Source: a virus
Length of the DNA stretch: 64,000 nucleotides
Direction: 5' to 3' (one strand)
IMG/VR virus record: IMGVR_UViG_3300027921_000016
Location: 1-64,000 of that record
A program made the position numbers and the translations under genes. Position 1 is the first letter of the stretch, and every line of letters starts with the position of its first letter. Of this stretch, positions 36,899 through 46,081 are shown in pieces. The notes beneath the pieces were generated by a model. The model made no database searches, was not told the DNA's origin, and was given only the letters and a program-made list of their open reading frames with translations.

Positions 36899-38089
36899 TT
36901 ATTTGCAATCAATTGCAGGTAGATAGTGGTGCTGCTTGATGGTCGCGTACACGGTCTCCGCTACCTCCGAGTGACTGAACTCAACCTGTTGTTGGTCCTC
37001 AAGCGCCTGCCTGAGAGTCTGCTGTTGCTTCATGCTTGGGCTCTTACCCATCACACTTTGGAAGCACTTGACAGCAAATATCTTGGCATCGCCTGAGCTT
37101 AACTTCGGGATATGCAGCACCAGATCGAGGCGACCTGGGCGGTACAATTCAACTGGCAAGACCTTCAGATCGTTGGTGGTCATGACCGTGATTACCCGGC
37201 TACGGTGGTCGGACAACCACCAAAGCAGTTGGCTCATTATCCTGGCGGTCACACCTGAATCGTCCTGGCCGCCAAAGATTTTCTCCGCTTCATCAATGAG
37301 CACCACACATGGGCTCTCGCGTTCCAACATGTTCAAGCTGCGTGCTACTCGTGACTCCGATTCACCTATGTACTTATTTAGGGTAGTAGCGATGTCCAGA
37401 CGGAACAGCGGTACCTGCCAGTGATTGGCGATGGCCTTGGCCGCCGTGCTCTTACCTACTCCTGGAGCACCTGCAAGCATCAAGCCCCTGGGCACCAGTT
37501 TGTCCGGCACCCCCTGGGTGAGAAAATACTGACCATTCAACTTGAGCCACTGTTCCAGCTTCTCCGGGTACAGGTAGAAGTCCAGGTCGGTGTCCACCAC
37601 CTGAAGGCCCTGGATGGCACCCCCAACCATGGTACGAGTTCGCCTGATCTCCGGTAGAGCCAGACTCCCTACCCTGGCCATGGTCAGCTGCACGATCTCA
37701 CTGGCGGCCTTCAGAGACAGCCCTCGCAGGGCCTGGACAATCGCAGGCACATCCTCCGGGAGGGTGAACTCCTTGAGATAGTCCGAGACCATGCTCTGGG
37801 GCGTTGGCAACTCCCCGGCCATGAACATAAATGAACTCTTGTCCACGGGGTTGATGATCACCAACGTGGATTCGGCTTCGACCAGCTTCTTGTACACCTG
37901 GGCATCCAGGATATCCAGGTTCTCGCTCACGTACACGTAGGGTCCCAGGGTTGCACTAGACAGCTTACTGGCCGGCCAGGGAACCACCTTCTTTCCTGTG
38001 AGCAACTGCAAGGACGTAGTGTAGTTCAGCAGGTCATCCGTGTACACCCCGATCACCGGAATATGGGCGTTGTAGGCTAAATCAAAAAT
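36899..38089 (-). CDS. AAA+ ATPase (SpoVK/Ycf46-like); ATT start proposed (ORF track starts at GTG 38056)
   Basis: GAPGVGKS, LIDEAEK, TTN, RPGRLD. Confidence 0.88.
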   Translation of the reverse strand: MFDLAYNAHIPVIGVYTDDLLNYTTSLQLLTGKKVVPWPASKLSSATLGPYVYVSENLDILDAQVYKKLVEAESTLVIINPVDKSSFMFMAGELPTPQSMVSDYLKEFTLPEDVPAIVQALRGLSLKAASEIVQLTMARVGSLALPEIRRTRTMVGGAIQGLQVVDTDLDFYLYPEKLEQWLKLNGQYFLTQGVPDKLVPRGLMLAGAPGVGKSTAAKAIANHWQVPLFRLDIATTLNKYIGESESRVARSLNMLERESPCVVLIDEAEKIFGGQDDSGVTARIMSQLLWWLSDHRSRVITVMTTNDLKVLPVELYRPGRLDLVLHIPKLSSGDAKIFAVKCFQSVMGKSPSMKQQQTLRQALEDQQQVEFSHSEVAETVYATIKQHHYLPAIDCK

Positions 38090-38667
38090 GGCAGCTTCTC
38101 CTTATTAGATCGGTAGTGGCTTACCAGGGTTCCCCTGGGTATACCGTTGGCCAACGCAACCTCCTCCTGAGTGCCTTTACCAGCTAACCACTCCCCTACC
38201 GCTTTATCTAAGGCAGCCTTGGTGTACTTCTTTGGGGTCTTCTGTAGAGGGGCTCTCCCTTTCTTACGCATGTCCTCCATATTATCCTGGTGTGTGCCAA
38301 GGAATAAATGCGACGGATTTATACAGCCAGGAGTGTCGCACTTATGGCAAACAGACAGTCCTTCTTCTATAGGACCTACACTAACCTCCCAGGTTACCCT
38401 ATGAGCTAGGCACAGTTTGCCCAGGTAGTACAGAACCCCATACCCGGCACTATTTGTAGCGCCTAACCACCTATAGCACCCCGTTTTCTGGTCCACCTCG
38501 TAATTACCCAGTCGGGTGGTGATGTCGGGGTACTTGCCTCTAGTGTGGTGGTTATGAAGGTACTTCAGGGGGGCACCTTTAACCTGCCCCAGCTTGGCGT
38601 TAGTTTTCTTAGCCAACGGAGCAGGGTTACCACACCCACAGGCGCACAAGACAAGTTCAAACATCAT
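38077..38667 (-). CDS. HNH homing endonuclease
   Basis: CACGCG; AHRVTW...VCHKCDTPGCINPSHLFLGTHQDNMEDM; C-terminal HTH. Confidence 0.9.
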   Translation of the reverse strand: MMFELVLCACGCGNPAPLAKKTNAKLGQVKGAPLKYLHNHHTRGKYPDITTRLGNYEVDQKTGCYRWLGATNSAGYGVLYYLGKLCLAHRVTWEVSVGPIEEGLSVCHKCDTPGCINPSHLFLGTHQDNMEDMRKKGRAPLQKTPKKYTKAALDKAVGEWLAGKGTQEEVALANGIPRGTLVSHYRSNKEKLPFLI

Positions 38668-38816
38668 CAGCCTCCTGACCAAAGCCAACTCGGTCAGGTT
38701 GGTTGGGGGGATTGAGAGCGAGCTTCAAGGCCTTCAACTCTTCGGCGGTGAGGTCCATAACTGTTACCTCAACGGGAGTACCCTCATCCTGGCCATAGCA
38801 CCAGTACCCCGCCATA

Positions 38817-39107
38817 TTAGTCCCCTCCTTTGGAGCTTGCCTGGTGGCATAGGGCTGCTCGATCCCGCCACGCTGCCCACATCATGCGGGTACGCATGGC
38901 CAGAGGACAAACGTAGGTTGATCCTTGGAGCTCCCCTTGGCCAGTATACGATTCCCCGTCCCAGTTTGCACCCAATACCCAGCAATGCCCCTGCACCCAT
39001 GCCTCGAAGGCAAGGCGTTCAGCCTCAACAACTGGGCCGCCTACAGCTCCCATATCCCGCGCAGCCTCTACACTAGGCGGGTCAGAAAAACCGGCAGGGT
39101 TACTCAT
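38817..39107 (-). CDS. Hypothetical protein
   Basis: ERLAFEAW...MWAAWRDRA pattern; GGAG SD. Confidence 0.6.
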   Translation of the reverse strand: MSNPAGFSDPPSVEAARDMGAVGGPVVEAERLAFEAWVQGHCWVLGANWDGESYTGQGELQGSTYVCPLAMRTRMMWAAWRDRAALCHQASSKGGD

Positions 39108-39258
39108 TTCTCCATGCCCAACAGACGCTTCAACGCGGACAGAACAACGTGGTACCCTGTATGGGTGATGGACTCCAGTACCCGAAGGTACTGGCCATTC
39201 CTGTTCAAAAATACGAATGGCATTTGTCACTCCTTGACGTGGTGATTTCCTATTTCTG

Positions 39259-39286
39259 AATATACCACAATCCCGGAGTTTGTCAA
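39259..39286 (-). promoter_or_regulatory. Sigma70-like early promoter at the start of the early region
   Basis: TTGACA-AACTCCGGGATTGTGG-TATATT; 14-mer 7 bp upstream. Confidence 0.8.
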
Positions 39287-39644
39287 CCTTTAATGCAATT
39301 GATTGCAGGGCCGAAGCCCCTACGGGGCGGCCCCAAGTTTGCAACAACTTACCCTGTGATACGCGTGTGATGGTACTTAGATGGCCGCAACGTGAGGCAC
39401 AGCGCCAGAGAAAGGGCGTGGGGCAGACCGGCTACCAGAAAGAGCGGGGGCAACAGGCACTGGGGGTGCCGTCAACATAAGCGCATCGAGGCGTGGGTCA
39501 GGCACAAAAACCATTGGGATCACGCACACAGCCACGTAGGTTGCAGCAGGGCAAGGGCCTGGCAGGTACACGGCATACCCAGCATTGAAGCTTAAGAAGA
39601 ACGAGATGATGAACGTCATGGCGCTTGCCTAGGTTAATCAGGTA

Positions 39645-40247
39645 CTACAATGGCGGGGGTGCAATCGCACGAGTACGATCCCACTCAGCTTTGTTGGCTA
39701 CATACCAGTCTTGCCATGCTCGGAGGAGCTTTCCTCGGGTGACGCATTCGATGTTGTTTTGGGCGTTTGTTCTTGCGAGATCAGAGAGCTTAACGGTTGA
39801 GGGGGAACTACCATCTGGTGGAGGACGGCGGGAAATTCCGGGAAGCTCCGCTGCGAGGGGCAGGTCGTGCACCCAGACAACACCATTGGTAATAGTACAA
39901 GCAGCATCATCTTTGACGGAGACATAGTAGGGTATCCTCTTGATCACAGTTACGGTTTCTTTCTGAACATCCCGATGGGCTACCAGACTCTTCTCCAGGT
40001 CCTTGAGCAAGGTCGTGTTGGCGTCCTGCATGTTCTTGATCTGGACTCCAACGATACGCTCCCGCTCCTTCACCTGAGTGGTGTAGGTCGTCAGCTTGTC
40101 CTCCCACGAACTGCTGCCTGTGTACCAACCCAAGGCGAACGCAAGTACATAGCCCAAGAGCAGCACCATAGCCAGCGCAACCGGGGCGAGAATTTTTGCG
40201 AGGGCGTTACTTGCGCCAAGCCGTACCATCAGAGAGGAGAGCATCAC
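39645..40247 (-). CDS. i-spanin (Rz-like)
   Basis: N-terminal TM plus coiled coil; follows the endolysin; hosts an embedded lipoprotein. Confidence 0.8.
   Translation of the reverse strand: MMLSSLMVRLGASNALAKILAPVALAMVLLLGYVLAFALGWYTGSSSWEDKLTTYTTQVKERERIVGVQIKNMQDANTTLLKDLEKSLVAHRDVQKETVTVIKRIPYYVSVKDDAACTITNGVVWVHDLPLAAELPGISRRPPPDGSSPSTVKLSDLARTNAQNNIECVTRGKLLRAWQDWYVANKAEWDRTRAIAPPPL
39698..39925 (-). CDS. o-spanin (Rz1-like), embedded
   Basis: MMLLVLLPMVLSG|C lipobox; Pro-rich. Confidence 0.75.
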   Translation of the reverse strand: MSPSKMMLLVLLPMVLSGCTTCPSQRSFPEFPAVLHQMVVPPQPLSSLISQEQTPKTTSNASPEESSSEHGKTGM

Positions 40248-40528
40248 ATCCCCAAAAAAAGTCGTTGTTCAGCCATACGTGCATTCCACTGAGTGGCGCA
40301 CACCTTACCGTTCACTCTACACCATTTTGGGAACTCTGCGGCTGCCAATTGAAACTCCCTACGGTTGAGGTGGTACAGCAGCGCAGTTGACTCCAGGCCA
40401 TCGTCCAGTCCCTCCACCCTACCGAGGAGGACAGCCCTACCCCAGGCCAACACGGCATCCTGCTGGTGGTCTAGCAAGGGTACTGCAATCAATTGCAGCA
40501 CCTTGAGACTGGCCTCCGAGGGGGTCAT
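40244..40528 (-). CDS. Truncated GH24 lysozyme-like protein, C-lobe only
   Basis: QQDAVLAW...STALLYHLNRREFQLAAAEFPKW...ARMAEQRLFL; no catalytic N-lobe. Confidence 0.6.
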   Translation of the reverse strand: MTPSEASLKVLQLIAVPLLDHQQDAVLAWGRAVLLGRVEGLDDGLESTALLYHLNRREFQLAAAEFPKWCRVNGKVCATQWNARMAEQRLFLGM

Positions 40529-40788
40529 CCCGCCCCCGTAACTGATGCACTCGGGAAAGAAAATTCACCAACGGAGTCCGAAACAACCCTGTTCAGGTCC
40601 AGTACGAACTCACGCCCCCGCTGGTACTCTTCCGCCTTCTCCGGCGAGCAAGTGATGCCGATCATCACCGCAGGAATTGGGCCTTCTGGGGAAATAGCTG
40701 TGCGCGTGGACTCGAAAAATACGCGGGTACTTCGGTTGCCGGTAGCCGCATCGTAGAAATTCACCGTAGACTTGTAATGGACCCTCAC
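40525..40788 (-). CDS. Hypothetical protein
   Basis: AAGGGGG SD plus GTG; coupled to next gene. Confidence 0.45.
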   Translation of the reverse strand: MRVHYKSTVNFYDAATGNRSTRVFFESTRTAISPEGPIPAVMIGITCSPEKAEEYQRGREFVLDLNRVVSDSVGEFSFPSASVTGAG

Positions 40789-40798
40789 AGTCACCCCC

Positions 40799-41464
40799 TT
40801 AAAAGAAATCCCGGTACTTACCCGGACGAACACGAAGCACGTTCTTAACGTACTCCCGATTGATTGCAAAAAAACTCTTACCGTACCCAGGCATAGCTGT
40901 TTTCTTCTTGTTGCTCGTGTACTCAACATCCCCGAACCACCTACTAGGTACGCACCCAAGAGTGGCCTCGCACACCTTCCGATCAGAAATCACCCCACCC
41001 ATCCCCCCATTGTATGCGGCATAGGTAAAGGCCAGTTTTTCCTCTCCACCCGCCCCAATGACTTTATTGTATAGCTGTAGGTTTTTTAACACAAGAGCCC
41101 GGAGTTGCCGTACAGGATCGTACCGGTCTTCCCAGGCCCATCCTCTAAGACTTGGATCGAGTACCTGCACCTCTTCAAAGGTATTGAAGCTCTTGGTGAC
41201 GGTGATCTGTCCGAGACCAAACCCGTACTCCCTGCTGGTCTTCAGCTCGGCCTTGGGGCTCCAGCATCGAGGGGACTTCAAACTTGAGCACGTTTCCTGT
41301 TCCACCTGCCCCGCAAGGGTGGCTGGCTGAGGGTGGTATCTCCAATGTACCCGCTGCTCCTGTACCAACAGGGGTAGGTACTTGACCGCCAGTGGCGGAA
41401 TTTGGGCGTGGGTAGTCCATGAGGGGCATAGCAGTACTCCAAGAAGGATTGTTTTGAATACCAC
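40799..41464 (-). CDS. Lytic transglycosylase (SLT) endolysin with N-terminal hydrophobic signal; start uncertain
   Basis: GQVEQET, GLGQ, AAYNGG, NREYV. Confidence 0.85.
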   Translation of the reverse strand: MVFKTILLGVLLCPSWTTHAQIPPLAVKYLPLLVQEQRVHWRYHPQPATLAGQVEQETCSSLKSPRCWSPKAELKTSREYGFGLGQITVTKSFNTFEEVQVLDPSLRGWAWEDRYDPVRQLRALVLKNLQLYNKVIGAGGEEKLAFTYAAYNGGMGGVISDRKVCEATLGCVPSRWFGDVEYTSNKKKTAMPGYGKSFFAINREYVKNVLRVRPGKYRDFF

Positions 41465-41466
41465 GA

Positions 41467-41796
41467 TCAGGCCCGTACCATTGCCCCGAACATCAGGACA
41501 TACGCAGCCAGTAGAAGACACACCCCGAGGAATACCAGACCCGCACCTGTTGGGTGTACACACGCCTTCTGTGCAATCAATTGCAGATCGAGACGATAAA
41601 ACAGAAGGCGACGAATGACGTGAGAGAGCGCCACTATGTAGAAGGCTCCACCGGTAAACAGTCCCCAAGGAGCTAGTGCCGGTTCATGAAAGAACTCAGC
41701 TACTGGGACGCTGGTGGACACCAATACTGTCCCTATGAGAACGAGCAGGGCCAGTCGAAGTATGTCCGGCAGGAGTACTTTCAGAAATCGGATCAT
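41467..41796 (-). CDS. Holin (3 TM)
   Basis: Three hydrophobic segments; directly upstream of the endolysin. Confidence 0.7.
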   Translation of the reverse strand: MIRFLKVLLPDILRLALLVLIGTVLVSTSVPVAEFFHEPALAPWGLFTGGAFYIVALSHVIRRLLFYRLDLQLIAQKACVHPTGAGLVFLGVCLLLAAYVLMFGAMVRA

Positions 41797-42371
41797 GGTG
41801 CACCCCCTAAGCCCAAGGGCACCACCGTGAACTTAATAGAAGGGGCCTCCATCGAGTGGATGAACCCCGGCCAGTCGTACCACAGCACCTTGACCCTCAT
41901 CACCCAAGAACCTGGGGTCAATGCCCTGGGTAGTACGATGACCTGTTCCTTGCCGGGGGCGGCACTTAGACTTATACCCCCTCCGGAGAGCTGCTCAACC
42001 CTGCCATCGTCACGTATCTTCTCGAAGGTACTAGTAGACACCAGAGTCGAACCCCGTAGTACCCAAAGGTCTCGTTTGATAGACACCACCTGCCCCGGCA
42101 CCCCCGTTGATGGGATCATGGTTTGGGTGTTACCGTACCGCAAGGGAGGGTGGCCCGCCATTACAGCGAGACAAAGGAGGCCAATTAGGGGCAGTAGCAC
42201 CACGGCCACTACAAGCTCGATTAGATAGGGGCGAGCCTTGCCGCTCACTCTACTACCCCCGTCCGCCAGGCCAGCATTCCCCAGTACACCAGCACGAATA
42301 CCACGGCTACCGCCCCCAGAACCAGGTACCTTGCCACCGAGCGTTTCAAATCCCGCATGTCCTCTTGCCAT
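41793..42371 (-). CDS. Membrane-anchored protein; true start probably near 42240
   Basis: One TM then beta-rich domain; lysis region. Confidence 0.5.
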   Translation of the reverse strand: MARGHAGFETLGGKVPGSGGGSRGIRAGVLGNAGLADGGSRVSGKARPYLIELVVAVVLLPLIGLLCLAVMAGHPPLRYGNTQTMIPSTGVPGQVVSIKRDLWVLRGSTLVSTSTFEKIRDDGRVEQLSGGGISLSAAPGKEQVIVLPRALTPGSWVMRVKVLWYDWPGFIHSMEAPSIKFTVVPLGLGGAP

Positions 42372-42451
42372 TGCCGCCTCCTACCTATCTCTGTGGAGAT
42401 AAAAATATGATGCTCTGTGTGCACTTTCTTATCCGGGTAGTCATCGTCCAT
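42245..42451 (-). CDS. Small single-TM protein (holin/antiholin candidate)
   Basis: C-terminal TM, lysis context. Confidence 0.55.
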   Translation of the reverse strand: MDDDYPDKKVHTEHHIFISTEIGRRRQWQEDMRDLKRSVARYLVLGAVAVVFVLVYWGMLAWRTGVVE

Positions 42452-42475
42452 GACACCCCCCCAGGTAGACGAAAA

Positions 42476-42757
42476 TCACTTGAAAGCCCCAAACACCTTC
42501 AAATCCACTGTTTCCCCAAGACCACTCCATCCGGCTACCGTCACCTTGACTTGAAGTTTCCAGGTGCCTGCCATGTCTAGATCACTGGCCACAGTCGCGT
42601 ACTTGATCTTGGTCAGGCTAATCACCGTGCCGATCCAGGTAACGACGACCCCATTGGGCTTCTTGGCAAGGATGTCGCTGACAGTGGCAGCCGAGATATC
42701 CTCCTTGCAGTCCAAGATGATCTCGGTACCGACATCACCAACGTAGACCTTGCTCAT
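42476..42757 (-). CDS. Small Ig-like virion protein
   Basis: YVGDVGT...KKPNG...DLDMAGTWKLQ. Confidence 0.65.
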   Translation of the reverse strand: MSKVYVGDVGTEIILDCKEDISAATVSDILAKKPNGVVVTWIGTVISLTKIKYATVASDLDMAGTWKLQVKVTVAGWSGLGETVDLKVFGAFK

Positions 42758-42936
42758 GCTTCCTCCAACTCGATAAGAGAGGTGCCTGCTACGGACTTGG
42801 TGATCGCACTACCCTCGGCAATAGACATTGCCTTGACGGGGGAGTCCACCAGTACCCCTTGGGTTAGCGCAGACTGGGCCAATACAGCCAAACTCACTGC
42901 ACTGACGCCTTCTACCACTTCTACTTCGGAGGCCAT
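42754..42936 (-). CDS. Hypothetical protein
   Basis: 60 aa, ATGA coupling. Confidence 0.45.
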   Translation of the reverse strand: MASEVEVVEGVSAVSLAVLAQSALTQGVLVDSPVKAMSIAEGSAITKSVAGTSLIELEEA

Positions 42937-43069
42937 ATTCGAGAATCTCCAAGTACTACCCGAGCTACAGCCGACACCCCACGAACTACCTTACGCCACG
43001 TCCGTGGTACAGCCTCTGCCAGCCACCCCCACCATTTTCCGTGAGTATTACCGTGCCAGTTCCCAAACA

Positions 43070-44284
43070 TCACGTACCGTCCCTGGTGGTTACATCCCTA
43101 GTGCCAGTGGCGTAGGTACCGGCTACCCGTACTTTAACACCGTCCAAGCCTCTGAACACCGGGCTACCGTTCTCCAATCCAGTTGCATTGCCAGTGGCCA
43201 CAGACACGAGCAACCGCAGAATATCATCATGGGTTGCCGTGCCCTCAACCAACCGGGTGCCCACCTCCGCAGCGGTGGCCACTGGCACACCGGTCAGGTG
43301 GGCCTCGGCGCTCTGCGCACCGAGCATCTTGGCCCATACCCCCGTGACGATGGCGTCAATGTCTGCCTGCGTAAGCGTGCGCGCGCTGGCTGGCCCGGCT
43401 GTGACCGTGCCGTACATCCCGACACTGCCATCCACCCCGGACAGCGCCACCTTGGTCGAGGCCAAAGCCGCGTCTGTAGCGAGGTGCGCGGCGAGGTCGG
43501 CACTGGCGATCTTGGTAGCGGCCACCGATCCATCCGCGCCGAGCAGAACAGCGATGGTTGTCGTGCCGATCCCGGATGGGGCGGCGGTTACCGATCCATC
43601 TACACCTAGCGCAGCCGCGATGGCGGCAATGGCGGCCTTGCTTGCGGTGTTCGCCGCGTCCGCGTCAAGGCTGGCAGCGAGGTCGGCACTGGTGATCTTG
43701 ATGGCGGTGTTCGCCGCGTCCGCGTCAAGAGCAGCCGCTATGGTAGCGGCAGCGGTCTTGCTTGTGGTGTCTAAACCATCTGCACCAAGGGCGGCCGCGA
43801 CTGTGGCGGAGACGGTCTTGCTTGTGGTAACTGAGCCCTCTACGCCCAGCGCCGCCTCGATAGTAGCAATGGCTGCCTTGCTTGCGGTGTTGGCGCTGTC
43901 AATGCCCAGCGCCGCCGCGATAGTGGTCGAGACAGCGCCTACGGGAGACGCGGTGTTCGCGGCCTCCATGGCCAGAGCGGCGGCGATGGTGACCGCGCCC
44001 GACTTGGCTACCGTGCTGGCAATATCCGCAAGCAAAGCAGCATCGAGGGTGACGACGCCGATCTTGGCCGTGCTGGCGGTGGCATCTTGCCCGAGGATGG
44101 ATGCGATGCTTATGGCGGCGGTCTTGGCTACCGTGTTGAGGCTGTCCGCACCAAGTACGGAGGCGATGGTGGTGGTTCCTACTGCGCCGCTCGTTGTTTC
44201 CTGCGCCCACCCTGTAGGTGTAGCGCGGCTATTAGTTCCAGTTTCCTCTAGCCAGCCATTTGGAGTAACACGGGATAGTGCCAT
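43070..44284 (-). CDS. Ala/Thr-rich fibre protein with about 12 tandem 20-aa repeats
   Basis: TIAAALGxDxxxTxSK units; 60-bp nucleotide periodicity near 43640-43730. Confidence 0.75.
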   Translation of the reverse strand: MALSRVTPNGWLEETGTNSRATPTGWAQETTSGAVGTTTIASVLGADSLNTVAKTAAISIASILGQDATASTAKIGVVTLDAALLADIASTVAKSGAVTIAAALAMEAANTASPVGAVSTTIAAALGIDSANTASKAAIATIEAALGVEGSVTTSKTVSATVAAALGADGLDTTSKTAAATIAAALDADAANTAIKITSADLAASLDADAANTASKAAIAAIAAALGVDGSVTAAPSGIGTTTIAVLLGADGSVAATKIASADLAAHLATDAALASTKVALSGVDGSVGMYGTVTAGPASARTLTQADIDAIVTGVWAKMLGAQSAEAHLTGVPVATAAEVGTRLVEGTATHDDILRLLVSVATGNATGLENGSPVFRGLDGVKVRVAGTYATGTRDVTTRDGT

Positions 44285-45610
44285 TTATACAGTTCCGCGA
44301 ATAGTCGGATCAACGTAGACCGTATGTGCTCCGTAGACTTTTACACGCGCAGATAGATGCCCGATCTCGGCTGGGGTAATTGATGGAGAAACAAGTTTTC
44401 CACTCCACGCACTCCCAGATTCTCCGGTCCACCCAGAAAGGCCGCCGCCTGCGTCTTGGCTTGTTCCAGTAGACGCATCCCCGCCATAATCGCAGACGAA
44501 TGTGGCAATTGGAAATCCTGAGGTTCCTTGGTAACTAAATTCGCCTGCCACTTGAATATCCGTATATGGCGTTGTGCTTCCGTCTCTTAGGATTTCAAGA
44601 TATGGAGTGATTGCACTGGCCCCTGAGTGATACCGTGGTATCCACTCGGAGACATATGGATTACCACGTGTCGCATTTGTTCCGGTGACTATCCACGAAT
44701 GCCTATTTGTTCCATTGTAAGTCGCACCATCGTTGGCATAGATAGCGGTGCTGATTACGGTATTTCCTTCGTAGGTATAGTGCGCGTAGCTGTAGTGGAT
44801 ATTGCTTGATGCAGAGTTGTATACATAGTAATTGGGGCCAGGGGCATTAAGCGTTGTAGTGATTGCACCAGAACCCAACTTGCAATTTATCAATTTACCG
44901 ACAAAGGCGTATTGTTGCGCATTAAATACAACCCCAGTCATATCAGACAGGTCTACACCTTCGAATATGCATTGCCCAGCTTTATAGCCAATAGCTCCGA
45001 TAATCCCAGTCGGTTGTGTTCCAGCTCCAGTAACAGATATACTGCCCCCTTGCATATGTAATGAAGCATATAATGCTATATGCGTTGTTGTGGAGCCGAT
45101 ATATTCTATGTGGGTTTCGGTCAGTTTTAATTTGTAACGCCTGTTGACGTTAGCCCCAAACGTTATGACCGAGCCAGAGACAGTTGAATTCATATAGAGC
45201 TTGCACGAATCTAAATTAATCGCTTGCTCTGCATCTGAGGTGCCTATGGCAATGTTTGCCGTCCCTGATCCAGATGCAAATTGCAATGCTTTGCAATGTA
45301 CATTTGTACTGTTTATTGTTATATCTACCCCTGATGTGGCAGCCCCCGTAACGGTCGTGTATGTTCCAGCAGCATGAACTGAGGTTGGCGGATCGTTAGC
45401 GGGGTCTGATGTACCGAGTATTCGTACACCATTCGCTACGGTATACACAGTATCTATAGTAATTACATCATCAGCCGTGCTGTATACCCAAATATCGTTA
45501 TTAGCGGTTACGGTATCTGTTGCCTTCTTCAATGATTTCCATGGGAGCGCCCAGGTTCCGGTGCCCGTGGTATCATTACCAGAAAGTGGATTGACGTAAT
45601 AGTTAGCCAT
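44285..45610 (-). CDS. Beta-helix-like tailspike / receptor-binding protein
   Basis: YYVNP.SGND..GT...PWKS start; beta-rich; visibly AT-richer than flanks. Confidence 0.65.
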   Translation of the reverse strand: MANYYVNPLSGNDTTGTGTWALPWKSLKKATDTVTANNDIWVYSTADDVITIDTVYTVANGVRILGTSDPANDPPTSVHAAGTYTTVTGAATSGVDITINSTNVHCKALQFASGSGTANIAIGTSDAEQAINLDSCKLYMNSTVSGSVITFGANVNRRYKLKLTETHIEYIGSTTTHIALYASLHMQGGSISVTGAGTQPTGIIGAIGYKAGQCIFEGVDLSDMTGVVFNAQQYAFVGKLINCKLGSGAITTTLNAPGPNYYVYNSASSNIHYSYAHYTYEGNTVISTAIYANDGATYNGTNRHSWIVTGTNATRGNPYVSEWIPRYHSGASAITPYLEILRDGSTTPYTDIQVAGEFSYQGTSGFPIATFVCDYGGDASTGTSQDAGGGLSGWTGESGSAWSGKLVSPSITPAEIGHLSARVKVYGAHTVYVDPTIRGTV

Positions 45611-45818
45611 TTATCAGTGCCTCTGCTTCTTGCTCTGCAAGCATATCCGCAATCGAGATTGCATTGGCCGCAAGCCGGGCATTATGGTCTACGGAGCTAA
45701 CTGCTGTGTAGCAATTGGAGTAGACAATTCCCTGCGAATCGGTATGGCGCTCGTAGACATGCTTCAGCCCACTCGGCTGCTCAAGAACTTGATAGACTAC
45801 ACTGGATACAATTGCCAT
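45603..45818 (-). CDS. Small tail-associated protein
   Basis: ORF with SD in the tail region. Confidence 0.55.
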   Translation of the reverse strand: MAIVSSVVYQVLEQPSGLKHVYERHTDSQGIVYSNCYTAVSSVDHNARLAANAISIADMLAEQEAEALING

Positions 45819-45819
45819 C

Positions 45820-46074
45820 TCATTCTCCCCTTGCACCCTGTATCGACTGCCATTGTGTTCGCAGGGGCGTGAACTTGGCTTTCAGCGTGGCCCACTGCGC
45901 TACAGTCAACCCAAAGGCTGTGCGTACTTGCAGCTCGGTCATGTCGCCGTTGTCGATATGGGTAAGGACCCAAGTGGCAATCCGTGCACAGTCTTCCTTG
46001 CTCGCCGAGCGGTAATGCTCTCTCAGGCGAGTGGCGAATTGGGCAACCGTTTGGTGCCTCAGGTTGAGGGGCAT
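45820..46074 (-). CDS. Small tail-associated protein
   Basis: ORF in the tail region. Confidence 0.55.
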   Translation of the reverse strand: MPLNLRHQTVAQFATRLREHYRSASKEDCARIATWVLTHIDNGDMTELQVRTAFGLTVAQWATLKAKFTPLRTQWQSIQGARGE

Positions 46075-46081
46075 GACAGAC

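Noticed and set aside
42782-44318. Long + strand ORFs here and opposite the tape measure, SSB and MazG genes
   Set aside because: Shadow frames of biased minus-strand genes, with no motifs or SD.
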